64,000 nucleotides of DNA, from NCBI GenBank assembly GCA_022605425.2, contig JAKIMF020000001.1, forward strand, positions 372,001 through 436,000, written 5' to 3'. A program made the translations under genes and the position numbers. The DNA is from Hamiltosporidium tvaerminnensis FI-OER-3-3. Its lineage: Eukaryota > Fungi > Microsporidia. Each line of letters starts with the position of its first letter. The first letter of the stretch is position 1. Shown piece after piece: positions 38,591 through 52,547 of this stretch. The notes beneath the pieces were generated by a model. That model had not been told where the DNA came from. It saw only the letters and a list, made by a program, of their open reading frames with translations, and did no database searches.

Positions 38591-39797
38591 ATGATTGGCA
38601 AAATAAAGAACAGCGGAAATATTAAAAAAATTAATATTTCAGAAGTAACAAAAAATCAGGGACTGGAATCGAGTGAACTGATTGGAATCTTAAATAAAAT
38701 CAATGAATGCAAGCAAGATATTAATGATATGGGAAATATACATAAAAGTATATTTAGGATCATTAAAAATTCGAAATTGAAGGAGAAAGAAGAAGAGAGT
38801 ATAAAATCTAAAGAAGATTTAAAAAAAGCAAATTTATCCTTTCTTGAAAATGTAGCAGTAAAAATACATGAAATAAACATTTGGAATCATAAAGATAAGA
38901 GATTCCCGATGTTAAAATATCATATGGAATATAAATTTCCTATAATGATATACAAAATAAATGAAATTTATTTTAAATCAAAGCTGGTAAATGAACCATC
39001 TCGAGATCAAAAAAAAGAAATTCCATGCAAGAAATTAGAAAAAAGAGAAACAAAAGCAAATGAAACTATAAAATATGATTTAATTAGCCATAAAGAAAAA
39101 ATAAAATTGGCTTGTTTTTGCTTTAAGAAGCTTCGTAAATATAGATCCAGTTTTAAAGATAATATTTTAGAAAGAATTTCAGATATATTCAGATCTTCGT
39201 TTAAGAAAGATTCTTATCATATAAAAAAAGCAAATACATTTGTTTATACCGTTGGTGACCATATTTTAGATGAAGGGAATCAAAAAAGAGGGATTGTTTA
39301 GAATTTCTGGTAAATATGCCTATTATAAATTTATGCCGGGTGTTTTAGCTGCAGGAAAGAGATATGATTATACTGAGTTATCTGTTCATGACAACGCTTC
39401 AATTTTCAAAGCATATATTCGGGAGATAATGAATGGGATAATTTCAGTTCAGATTGCAGAAAGGGTGATGAAAATAATAAAAAACCAGACGGATCCTTCA
39501 ATAATAGAATATATTGTGCCTTTAATTATATTTTCGATTACAAATGAAAATAGAAAGATGCTTATCTATTTGCAGAAAATCTTTCGAAAAGTTGATCAGT
39601 ATTCAAAATATAATAAAATGGGGTCAGATAATCTATACAAAATTTTTACTCCCACTATTTTTCCAAATATTGAATGTTATGATTTGCAATCCATAAATTT
39701 GCAAATTGAGATTGTAAAAAGAATTTTTGAGTCAAATTTATCAGAAATCCCTTGTTTTTTGTATGAAGAAGCACTTTCGGCAGCTAATAATCAATAA
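38591..39797 (+). pseudogene. RhoGAP-domain gene, copy 3, with one +1 frameshift near 39275
   Basis: ORFs 38591-39301 and 39270-39797. The site reads gatgaagggaatc versus gatgaagggatc and gatgtaggaatc in other copies, so it may be a consensus error. Confidence 0.75.
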
Positions 39798-39875
39798 ATC
39801 CTTTTATTTTCGATTTTTATTGTTTTAATTTTATTTTTTAACTATATTTGAATATATTTTTAAAATTATTTAAAA

Positions 39876-41523
39876 AAGAAGATAACATAGGAATTCCAAC
39901 ACGTAGCTTATTTTAAGAAGTACGGAGCAAACTTTTATCAAGAATTGAAAGACTTTGTCATACCTGATTAAACTTTAAAAATTTATTTTCTGCAATCAAT
40001 CAACATGCGATATCGTTAATCAACTATCACATAGGAGTACTTCGACTTGAACCGGCTGACTTCTCTAAGATAGATGATGCAGTTCGTTCGGTGTTGGTGA
40101 AGAATAAGATACATCTCCGCCTAGGATGTAAAGAGCGTTTGTATCTTACACGAACAGAACTTGGAAGAGACCTAAATAGTTTTGGGTTGCAAAGCGAACA
40201 TATGCTTCTGCAACTCTTGGATTGTCTTGAAAAAAGTAAAGAAATATCAATCAGACGAGCAGCAATCTCAAGGGTGGAAAATAATAATAAAACCCATCTT
40301 GCACTAATAAAAGGCTTTTTAAAAGTAAAGTACAGGTTGGTAGAAGAAGTCACTAAGAAAAGTTTAGAAGAAGCTTAACTTGCTAAACTATATAACGAAA
40401 TAGTAAAACGAAAACTTCATTCAAAGTTATATAATGCAAGGAAAAATGAGCTTGTAAGTCTTAGTGACTCTTCAAGATGGTTAAAAAGAGGAAATAATAG
40501 GCCACGAAACGAAGCTGTGTTTTGCTATATCCAGGATAGAAATTTATTATGGGGATCAGATGGTATGTGCCAACACTGTAATAAATTTGGTAAGACTGTA
40601 GATCATCTAGCAACTCGATGTGAAAAAATGCTAGTTCATGACTACACCAGACGGCATAATGAATTGGTTAGATGCCTACATCTACTTCTTCTAAATAGAT
40701 ATAAGTTTAAGTCTTCAAAACGAATAAGGAGCCACTCAGTTCAAGAAATTCTTGATAATGAGTATGCAGAGATAAGAGTGGACACCAGAATTAAAACTGA
40801 TGTTAAAATTATGAATAACAGACCCGACATATTTATTTTAGATAAGAAGAAGAATAAGATAACACTCATTGAAGTAGGAATCACTTCCCAAGATTGACTT
40901 AAAATAGTTGAAACTGAAAAACTTAGGAAGTATGACTTTCTAGCCAATGAGCTGGGTCTTATTTACAAATGTAGTTAAGAGATAATCCCTTATGTGATGA
41001 CCTAGGACGGTATTGTGACAAAATACCATAAATATCATCTTAAAAGACTAGAAATACCCATGAATGTTGAGGCATATATTCAGTCTATAGTACTTAAGAA
41101 AACAGTCGAAACAATTTCCTTTGATCGACGAAGAGGACTTGAGTCAGGACTAAATGCCGAAGAGAGCTGGGAGAGAGCGTCAATGGGTGTTATTATGAGA
41201 GCAAAGATGCATGAGGAATTAAAACCTTATTTAAAAGAAGAGAAGAGAGAGGAAGATGGTGCAAAAAATTTTAAACCAAAAAATAAAGCACCCTTTATTC
41301 CACAAGGAAGAACCACTTTAGAGGAACCGACCAATAACATAAATAAAGAGTCGGATATCGAAGAAGAGAGAAAATGGTTGAAGAAGTGGAAGAAAACATA
41401 TAAAAATCGTAAAAATATTTTAACTCACAATATTATAAACGATTTTTAAAGTTAAAAGAGGTGAAGAAAATATAAAAAATGGTAAAAATATTTTAACTCA
41501 TAATTTTATATACGATTTTTAAA
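39876..41523 (+). mobile_element. 5'-truncated RLE retrotransposon fragment (R1') with a duplicated 3' tail
   Basis: ORF pieces span 40091-41449. The junctions are the same as in R1. Confidence 0.92.
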
Positions 41524-41527
41524 CTTA

Positions 41528-44500
41528 AATTTTTTTTTTATTTTTTGAATAACCTTCCATCATTTTAAATATTTAATTTTCTTCTTCTAAATTTTATTCT
41601 TGTTTTTTGTTTATAAAAAGAGGTAGGATATGCACATTAAAAACCATCTGCTTGGTAATGATTATTTGAAGTTGTTGTGAAATTTATTGTTGCCATTTTG
41701 GTAGGATATAAACTACACCGGATCTATAGTTCAATTCTCTATAATACCGAGTAATAACAGATTAAAAGGAATAATTAGGTAAGTTTATTTTGTTCGAATC
41801 TCTGATATTGGCATCTTAATTCAAAATAAGGATTGGATTTTTTTTTGTTTTTACTTGTTTAAAGTCACAATACTCAATGGAGTAGACTTTAAAAGCGTAT
41901 TGTTTCCTTGGGATCTCTCTTCCTTGTAAAATACTTATGGTACTTTCTTTCAAATCTCTTTGCCATTTGGTCCTGACTCGAATTCTCTTGGTTATTGAAA
42001 AGAAATTGTTTCGACTGCCTTTTTGTGTATTGTTGATTACATGCGTGTTTCTAATTCTATGAGTATTTAGAATTTTCATGATATATCTTATGGTATTTTG
42101 TCATGTATAATCCGAAACTAAGAAATAACAAATTTTTTTCTAATAATTTTATAAACAGAATAAAACACACAGAAGTAATTTGTATGTCTAAAGTTTGTTG
42201 GTCTACATTCTTTGAAGCGAATCTTGTTCGTGTTTACACCCTAGATAAGTGTAATCATATTTAATTTCTTTTACATCATGAATATATCTTGTCTATTTTG
42301 AAAATATTGTAATAAGCTTTATACCTCAGTTCTAGTTTTATTTCTGATCATTATTTTCAGAAAGTTCTTGAACTGTGTGATATTTAATCTTTTTTTGGAT
42401 TTGAATGTTTAGATACTTGTTAAGTATAAATATTGGCATCCAAAACTTCATTATCGGTTTTATTAATTGTATTATTTATAAATTTATAAGAAATAAGAAG
42501 GAAAAATTTTTATTCTACGTAGAAATTCGAGTGTTGTTTGTTCGAAAAGAAGCAATTTTGAAAATTTTTAGACTTACTTACTCAATTATTCCATTCTGTT
42601 TTTACCTCTTGGCATCGAATATGAACAAATGAAAGTTTTCCATTTGTTTTTTTTGTCTATTGTAACTCGGGATTACAGGGAATTGGCCTATAGATCAGGG
42701 GTGTTTTATATCCTACCTCAATGGAAGCAATGATTTTCACACAAATTTTATACACACATTTCCAAGCGATAGTTTTTAATGAGATTATTCTTTCTCCACT
42801 TATACATCTTTTTTTTAAAGAAAAAATATTTTTTATATACAAAATTCATAAGTTTTTTTTTATTTTCTACAGAACTTTGCGTATAACTTCATTATTTTTC
42901 TTATTTATATGGTTTTGTGAGAAGGATTGAGGCGATAATTTATTTTTTGAAAGTGATAAAAATGATTATCAGAATGAAACAATGCACATCTTGGCTATCA
43001 TTTCAGTAAAAATGTAAATTTTAACTAAATTAAAAACTTAAAGTTAATAAAAGAACAAATTTCTTAAAAATAAATAAAAAAATATTTCAGAGGCTGTTAC
43101 CGATTTAAAATTTTAGAAGAAACATGCACTTTTTGATACACTTCCCACGCAATCAAAAAGGAATGAAGGCATGTATGAACACCTTGTAAACTCGCATTAT
43201 CGAATTTAAAAGAAAAAGAAAAAATATATTTTAAATTTTTTCACTTGCAAAAAATATGAATTATTAAGTCGTTTTGTGAATAATTCACATATTTTAAGAT
43301 ATTCCTAAACTATAGTACAATTGGATTGATTTGATCAAAGAAATATGGAAATGAAAATGACAGATATCAATAGTTTCTAAATTTTTCTATTTGTTTTAAA
43401 GTTTCTTTTTTTATTTGTATTGAAAATTGAAACAGTGAAAACATTATATCCACTCTAAAGCAATTATTCAACCATAAAAATGCTCCTAGATTTTAAAAAG
43501 CGATAAATATCACGAATTTTATTTTCTTATATTACAGAATTTCTATGTTTGCATTATATCAAGTTTGTAAATAAAAGTCTGAAACATCCTGGAAATCCTG
43601 GACAGGTTGCTTTAATTAGTAAATAGTTGTAAGAACAATCGCAAAAGAATTATCTTGTCGAAAAGAAACAGATGAGAAATTTCTAATAATGTATATTTTA
43701 ATATAAACATTATGAAGACGACTAGTAATTATGTTACCTATGCAGGCATTGATTTTTCGCGGTATATGGATATTTCATTGTAGTAAATTTCAATAATATT
43801 AATGAAGAAGTATTTAAAATACTAGAAAAGGAATCAGTTATATAATTTAATTCAAAATTAATACAGAATATACATTATTCAAGAGATAATAGTATAGAGC
43901 CGTATATCACTCTTTTTGGTCTACAAGAATTTATATGAAGAACCAAAAGGCTTAGGTTTTGAGAATATTGAAAATGCTGAGCTTCGTAAAATTGTCTATA
44001 ATTTAATCCAGAAAAAGATGTATATATTCTACAATTCTTCAATGTAAACTATAGGCACAAAGAAACAAAATAAATTGCTTTATATAGAAGAAGCTGGATT
44101 ATTTAAAAGAGAATTAATTCGACACTTTTAAATTCTTTATTGAAGAGCTCTAGGAATACAAAATTTATATCTGAAGACAGAACAAAGAATCTATTTAATC
44201 AAATAATATTATTCCCGTTGTTTTTAAATTGCGTTAATTTTTTTGTATTTTTTATCATAAATTTTATTGTCTTAATGTAATTTTTGTAAATGATATACAA
44301 AATATTCCTTATATGATAAATTCAAAATAAAAGTACGGTAACAGATATATCCGCCCAAGAGTAATATTATTTATTTAATAATAAATAAAAGACAGGTATT
44401 TTGGTTTATCTTATAATATAAAAAAAAATGAATTTATCTGATCTATTTTTTAATTTCAAAAAAATGGGTTGAACTGTTAATTTTAACTCCGTATAATTAT

Positions 44501-47432
44501 TTCCAAATCCTTGAAAGAATTTTTTAAATAGCTTTTATTAAAGCTATATTTATATTTTGTTTAAAACAACTCAAACACACACATATTCATTGCAATTTTA
44601 AGTTACTATAATTAAGAAAATCTTTCAAATATGTTGTTTTAAATAAAGAATGATTTGGTATAAAAAAAACCATAGCTCTTAACTAAGTCAATATACAAAT
44701 AAAATCGAATTTTCAAATTATTACATATAAATTGAATATTTTCACACAACTTACTTCTGGAAAACCTACGAATAATGATTTTAGTACTATGACAAATGTA
44801 AATAATTTATTTGAAAATAATTGACGGTCTTCAGTACCAACAAAATAGTAGGAAAAAAATGCGTAGTTTTAGTTCCAAATGCTTTTACATGCATCTTGGG
44901 TCTATAACTAGCCATTTCCTTTTTACAATATTATAAAAGAAAAATATTGTAAAAAAACTGATTGTATTGTGGTTTAAAAATTTATTTTACCTTTTTGGAA
45001 AAATAAATATTAAATTAGATTTGTAGAAATCAAAAATATAAAAATTAAATTATATTTTATTAATAAGTTTTTTATGATGATTACCGATTCCATTCCGATT
45101 TATTTATTCCTAGAATTATTACGTTCCAACATTTTCTTCGTTATTCAATTCGACGCTTTATTTTCGAATTTTGCACACAAAAAGAGTTCAAATGGTTTTT
45201 GAATCTTTTTTTACTTAACGAAACATATATATCTTCTCAGGTACGTCAGTATAATAAGATATGGCTTTGATCTATGTTTCCTCTCGATTACAAAGAATAA
45301 GTACGAACTTTTGTAATCTATCTGAATTCTATCTTTATACTTCTTTTATTCTTCTATCAAAGCAAAAATTGACTATCTCTTAAACTAATATTGGCTGTTC
45401 ACGTGTCCTATTTTTGATTCGGATGCAAAACTTAATATTGTATACATATTATGATGTCTAGAAACAAATAATGAACAAATACTCTGTAATGATGTCAAAC
45501 TCTGTTCTAATATACAAGAAATACTTTACTTATAACAAAAATAAAGTTAAATTTATTCTATCGCATGTCCAGTTTGAAGCAAAAAAAATATTTCTGAAAT
45601 AAATCTTTCTCTATAATTTCTATTCAATACAGAACCATAAGTAAATTTTAACTTGATATTTGATATCTTTTATCTAAATTTATTTTTAGTTTCGCTTTTT
45701 TTGGCGAACTTTTGAACTGAATAGCTCATATGACGTTTAAATTCTTTGATCATTTGTATTTATAAGCATTAGATGCGCAGAAAAACAAATTTTATTTCTT
45801 AATTTGGATCTACTTTACGTAGTTAAGATCGCGACGCGAAATTTCTGCCGTTTTTAAGTTTTTTCGTTCTCAAAAAGGCATTCTATTTAAATAATAACAA
45901 AATTCTAGTATATTTAACATCAAGGTTTCTTAATCAGCTTTTTGTAAGTGTTATTAACACCTATTATCATTTACTTCTAGGATATAAAGCTTGATTTATT
46001 TTCGATTTTCTACTCCGCTAGATATTTTTTTTTAGAATTTTTTAGTTTCATCTCTTTATCTCTCTTTCTATTTTTAATTTTACACAGAAATAGTTTATTA
46101 TTGTTGCAAGATTGCTCCAAATCGTTTCATTTCTTAGAATTTATTTATTTTTTTTACAGAGAACCACGGAATTGCAAAATCACATATATATTCAAATTAA
46201 ACATTCTGAAAGATTTCTTAAGGTTTTATTTTGACAGAAACGATTTATCGGAACCTCGAGTCCTATTTGTATAGTGTTCATAACTAGAACACAAAATAAT
46301 TTATCATATATCTAGATCAATTAAATGTTTGGCTACAAATACTCTATAAGAAAAATGAATAATATTTACCTAAAATTTGATTGGTAAAATAAATTTGATA
46401 CATTCAACTATGTATCATTAAACGTTTAAATCTTTACTTTAAGTGTCCTTTTAATAGCTTTAGATTAATTTTTCTTGGTTTTACTTTGAGACATTCAATT
46501 TATTCAAAATGTTTGTAACCACCAACAAACTCTAAAATCGTTTCGATACCTCGATAATCATTTCTTTTCTGTTTTATTTAGCTCTACAGATGAATAAAAT
46601 ATGTTGATGAGCATTATTTATTTCAGTTTCCGTGAGACCAAAAAATATTCATCATTTTTAGAGGCACTTTTAATGCTATAAAAATTTGTAATTTTCTTTT
46701 TAAAGTTCTAAGTTTATTTTAGTTTTTCTTTATTGATTAATTTTTCTCAGGAATGAAAACAGTATACAAATATAGTATTGGTTTGCCATGTGATATAGGT
46801 ATTTACTAATGTCTCTTGTGACAAATAGATTGTTTTTTTGGCGTAAATATTTGTAATTTAAAGGTAACAGTGTAAAAATCGGTATTCAAACCCCGAATCT
46901 TTCCAATTAATTTGTGTTATGCCGGCTACTAGAAGATTAGTATCCTTTTAGAGTAAACATAATTTTTAATTTTCAAAAATATAATAATATTTTGAAATAG
47001 CCTTAATATAAATTTATAATTAGCAAACAGCACACACTATTTTTCAAATTAGAAATACCTTATTAATCATTAAACCTAGATATTCTGATAAAACAAAAAC
47101 TTTTATGATGTTTAAGAACTCATTTTGTCTGGTAACATCCAAATTTTGCTTAAATCGACAAATAAATTATTTAAAATCGTCTTCAAACCAAAAAAATAGT
47201 TTTCTTTGTGAAAATATACCCTTTTGCGATTTTTTAATTCGTTCTTTGTCTCTAATATACTCAAAATAGCGTATATTAGATTTAACTCCAACACATCACG
47301 TATTATACAAAATTCTGATATATTAATTTCTTTAACTTATATTTTGGAGGTTTTCTATTGTGATTATTCAATATATCATACATTAATATCAAAATATTCT
47401 TTTTTATATTTTTAGAAAGATATCATATGAGT
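41528..47432 (+). repeat. Spacer cassette S, copy 2
   Basis: Direct copy of 5325-11227. Confidence 0.92.
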
Positions 47433-49003
47433 TTTATTTAATAAAATTCTGGGTTAAAATATTTTTACCATTTGTCACATGTTTTCTTCTACCTCCTTAA
47501 CCACTTCTGTCTCTTCTTCCAAATTCGACTCTTCATTTATGTTATTGGTCGGTTCCTCTAAAGTGGTTCCTCCTTGTGAAATAAAGGGTGCTTTATTTTT
47601 TAGTTTAAAATTTTTTAAACCATCTTCCTCTCTCTTCTCTTCTTTTAAATAAGGTTTTAATTCCTCATGCATCTCTGATCTCATAATAACACCCATTGAC
47701 GCTCTCTCCCAGCTCTCTTCGGCATTTAGTCTTGACTCAAGTCCTCTTCGTCGATCAAAGGAAATTGTTTCGACTGTTTTCTTAAGTACTATAGACTGAA
47801 TGTATGCCTCACAATTCATGTGTATTTCTAGTCTTTTAAGATGATATTTATGGTATTTTGTCACAATACCGTCCCAGGTCATCACATAAGGGATTATCTC
47901 TTAACTACATTTGTAAATAAGACCCAGCTCATTGGCTAGAAAGTCATACTTCCTAAGTTTTTCAGTTTCAACTATTTGAAGTGAATCTTGAGAAGTGATT
48001 CCTACTTCAATAAGTGTTATCTTATTCTTCTTCTTATCTAAAATAAATATGTCGGGTCTGTTACTCTAAATTTTAACATCAATTTAAATTCTGGTGTCCA
48101 CTCTTATCTCTGCATACTCATTATCAAGAATTTCTTAAACTGAGTGACTCCAAATTCGTTTTGAGGACTTAAACTTATATCTATTTAGAAGAAATAAGTG
48201 TCTGCATCAAACCACTTCATTATGCCGTCTGGTGTAGTCATGACCTAGCATTTTTTCACATCGAGTTGCTAGATGATCTACAGTCTTACCAAATTAATTA
48301 CAGTGTTGACACATACCATCTGATCCCCATAATAAATTTCTATCCTGGATATAGGAAAACACAGCTTCGTTTCGTGGCCTAATATTCCCTCTCTTTAACC
48401 ATCTTGCAGAGTCACTAACACTTACAAGCTAGTTTTTCCTTGCATTATATAACTTTGAATGAAGTTTTCGTTTTTCTATTTCGTTATATAGTTTTGCAAG
48501 TTAAGCTTCTTCTAAACTTTTCTTAGTGACTTCTTCTACGAACCTGTACTTTACTTTTTAGAAGCCTTTTATGAGTGAGAGATTGGTTTTATTATTATTC
48601 TCCACTTTAAGGATTTCTGCTCGTCTAGTTGAATTTTCTTTACTTTTTTCAAGAACATCCAAGAGTTGCAGAATCCATTGTTCGCTTCGCAACTCAACAC
48701 TATTTAGGTCTCTTCCAAGTTCTGTTGTAAGAAGATACAAACGCTCTTTACATCCTAGGCGGAGATGTATCTTATTCTTCACCAACACCGAACGAACTGC
48801 ATCATCTATCTTAGAGAAGTCAGCCGGTTCAAGTCGAAGTACTCCTATGTGATAGTTGATTAACGATATCGCATGTTGATTGATTGCAGAAAATAAATTT
48901 TTAAAGTTTAATCAGGTATGACAAAGTCTTTCAACTCTTGATAAGAGTTTGCTCTGTACCTCTTCAAATGAGCTACGTGTTGGGATTCCTTTGCTATCTT
49001 CAA
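47433..49003 (-). mobile_element. 5'-truncated RLE retrotransposon fragment (R2')
   Basis: ORF pieces at 47475-47885 and 48558-48788. The junctions are the same as in R2. Confidence 0.92.
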
Positions 49004-49082
49004 TTTTGAATAATTCTAAAAATATATTCAAATATAGTTAAAAAATAAAATTAAAACAATAAAAATCAAAAATAAAAAGGAT

Positions 49083-50288
49083 TTATTGATTATTAGCTGC
49101 CGAAAGTGCTTCTTCATACAAAAAACAAGGGATTTCTGATAAATTTGACTCAAAAATTCTTTTTACAATCTTAATTTGCAAATTTATGGATTGCAAATCA
49201 TAACATTCAATATTTGGAAAAATAGTGGGAGTAAAAATTTTGTATAGATTATCTGACCCCATTTTATTATATTTTGAATACTGATCAACTTTTCGAAAGA
49301 TTTTCTGTAAATAGATAAGCATCTTTCTATTTTCATTTGTAATCGAAAATATAATTAAAGGCACAATATATTCTATTATTGAAGGATCCGTCTGGTTTTT
49401 TATTATTTTCATCACCCTTTCTGCAATCTGAACTGAAATTATCCCATTCATTATCTCCCGAATATATGCTTTGAAAATTGAAGCGTTGTCATGAACAGAT
49501 AACTCAGTATAATCATATCTCTTTCCTGCAGCTAAAACACCCGGCATAAATTTATAATAGGCATATTTACCAGAAATTCTAAACAATCCCTCTTTTTTGA
49601 TCCCTTCATCTAAAATATGGTCACCAACGGTATAAACAAATGTATTTCTTTTTTTATATGATAAGAATCTTTCTTAAACGAAGATCTGAATATATCTGAA
49701 ATTCTTTCTAAAATATTATCTTTAAAACCGGATCTATATTTACGAAGCTTCTTAAAGCAAAAACAAGCCAATTTTATTTTTTCTTTATGGCTAAGTAAAT
49801 CATATTTTATAGTTTCATTTGCTTTTGTTTCTCTTTTTTCTAATTTCTTGCATGGAATTTCTTTTTTTTGATCTCGAGATGGTTCATTTACCAGCTTTGA
49901 TTTAAAATAAATTTCATTTATTTTGTATATCATTATAGGAAATTTATATTCCATATGATATTTTAACATCGGGAATCTCTTATCTTTATGATTCCAAATG
50001 TTTATTTCATGTATTTTTACTGCTACATTTTCAAGAAAGGATAAATTTGCTTTTTTTAAATCTTCTTTAGATTTTATACTCTCTTCTTCTTTCTCCTTCA
50101 ATTTCGAATTTTTAATGATCCTAAATATACTTTTATGTATATTTCCCATATCATTAATATCTTGCTTGCATTCATAAATAATTATTTAAGATTCTAATCA
50201 GTTCACTCGATTCCAGTCCCTGATTTTTTGTTACTTCTGAAATATTAATTTTTTTAATATTTCCGCTGTTCTTTATTTTGCCAATCAT
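49083..50288 (-). pseudogene. RhoGAP-domain gene, copy 4, frameshifted
   Basis: ORF pieces at 49610-50149 and 49083-49586. A 1-bp deletion near 49647 is shared with copy 5, and there are further lesions near 50175-50230. Confidence 0.8.
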
Positions 50289-52547
50289 TTGTTTATTATT
50301 GTTTTTTTTATTATATAGATTTCAAATCGAATGTTTGTTTGTAAATCTGCATTGATTCTCTTTATCTTAAACAAAGTGTATCAAAATGAAAAAAAGGTTA
50401 TTAATATATCTTTTAATCTTATTTTAATTTCCTTAATGATATTACATCAGATATTAAATTAATTTTTAATAAAATTCATCTACCTATTTATTATCATATC
50501 TTATATTGTTAACTAAAGATAAAATACTAAACAATTGACTATTTTAAATCATCAATTGAAGATGTTCTTTCGTTTTGTAAGAAAAGAGATTTATTTATCT
50601 AAATTATTTTAAAATCTTTTATTCTTTTATCTATTATTTTTTTAAATTAAAAAGTGTATTCGAGATGAGTGATTGTAAATACCTAAAATTATATATCTTT
50701 TCGAATTAGATGGAATTTAATAAAAATTTTAACTTAATAGTACTTTATATCTGATAGAATAGAATTAAAAAAGAATTTTACATTTTATTTTAGTATGTAG
50801 ATATTTTTTTACCCTTATCAGCAAGCAAATGAGATTATTTAAGTCCTACATTTTATTTGAATTTATATATTTTAAAATTTTTAGCTACTGAATGAGATTA
50901 TAAGTCCGACTTTTAGAATTAAATTTTAAATATTTTATCAAAAAAATATTTTTTTTCGGATTTCTCACTATAACACATCTGTTATACTAAGTAGCAATCA
51001 TAGTATAATTTATAAACCGAAAATTTTGTTTTAATCTTTTTTATTTATATTCCAATACGTGCCAAAATCTTTGATAGATTAAAAACACAGGTAAATGCAA
51101 TCGTTTGATGTCTATCAGGCAACAAAGATAACATAGTAAATATATAGCAAAATATATTGCGAAATACTAGTAAACCATTCTAGCTTTGCAACAGAATTTT
51201 TTGGTATCATACGAGAATAAAACATAATTAGATGTTAAGAATAATATTATATAGGAGATATATCTCATAATAGCATTCTATACATTAAATTATTATTTTA
51301 ATTTAATATAAATGAAATTAAGAAATTTTTTTGTTTAAGATTTATTCTTATATAGTTTAAACTAGGAATAAAATTCAAGATTAGACCTGTTATCATATTT
51401 ATTTAAAAAAATCTTCTTAATACAAAAACTTAATTCTATTATTTTGATCTTTAAGTTACTTGGTTAGTATTTAGAACTTTAAATAAAAAATAGGGACAAA
51501 AGTATACGAATTAAATGCCAAAACGATCATACAGGCATCATTTTATTAGATAAGATTAAAATTAAATCATCGAATAAAATTAAGATTGAATTTATAAGAA
51601 ATTTATTAGAATGAATTAAATTAATGTAAAATTATATTAGGATGGAATATAAGATTTTAATTTTTAGGGAATTAAAATTAAATTAAAATACATTTAAAGA
51701 AGAAGGTGTAGTATAATAAACTTTTTTACTTATCTAATAGTAAATATCTAAGTATAATTTTTTATATTTAATAAAATTATGATTTAAAATATTTTTACCA
51801 TTTTTATATATTTTCTTCCACCTCATTTAACTTTAAAAATCGTTTATAAGATTCAAGGTTAAAAATTTTTTACCTTTTTATATATTTTCTTCCACCTCTT
51901 TTAAATTTAAAAAAAATCCAAAAGTCTTTGGTTTTAGCTTCGTATAAATATTTAAAATAACACATTTTTTAAAAAAATAATAGAATTACAAAAAAAGATT
52001 CGAATGAATATTTAAAGAAAATATAAAAGTAAAACCTTTGCCTATTCAAATCAAATAAATACAAGAAATAAAAATGAAATAATTAAACCTTGGACTAAAT
52101 TCTAAATTCAATTAAATAATAATCTCCAAATTTTAAGAAACAGCAATAAAAAAAAACACTAAATTTAAAATTTAGAATTTAGAATTCATGAAACGAAAAA
52201 ATCCATTATAGATATAAACAACCCAAATTAAGAAATAATTAAAATATTTCTAATTCATTTCTCTTATTGAAATCTAAAATTTTTTTTAAAAAACCAATTA
52301 ATTCTATTCATAGACTGATTATTATTCTTAAATTTCCTAAACTTTTATTTGCTTAGAATTTGAATTTTTTATATTTTTTAATCAATTATTTCATAGACTA
52401 ATCGTTATTCTTAAGTTTCTTAAACTTTTATTTTCTTATTATTTGAGTTGTTTACATTTTTTAATCAATTATTTCATAGACTAATCGTTGTTCTTAAGTT
52501 TCCTAAACTTTTAAATTCTTATAATTTGAGTTGTTTATATTTTTTCC

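Noticed and set aside
39268-39285. Programmed frameshift in RhoGAP copy 3
   Set aside because: The sequence is a merge of the two allelic versions seen in other copies, which is typical of a consensus artefact or conversion scar.
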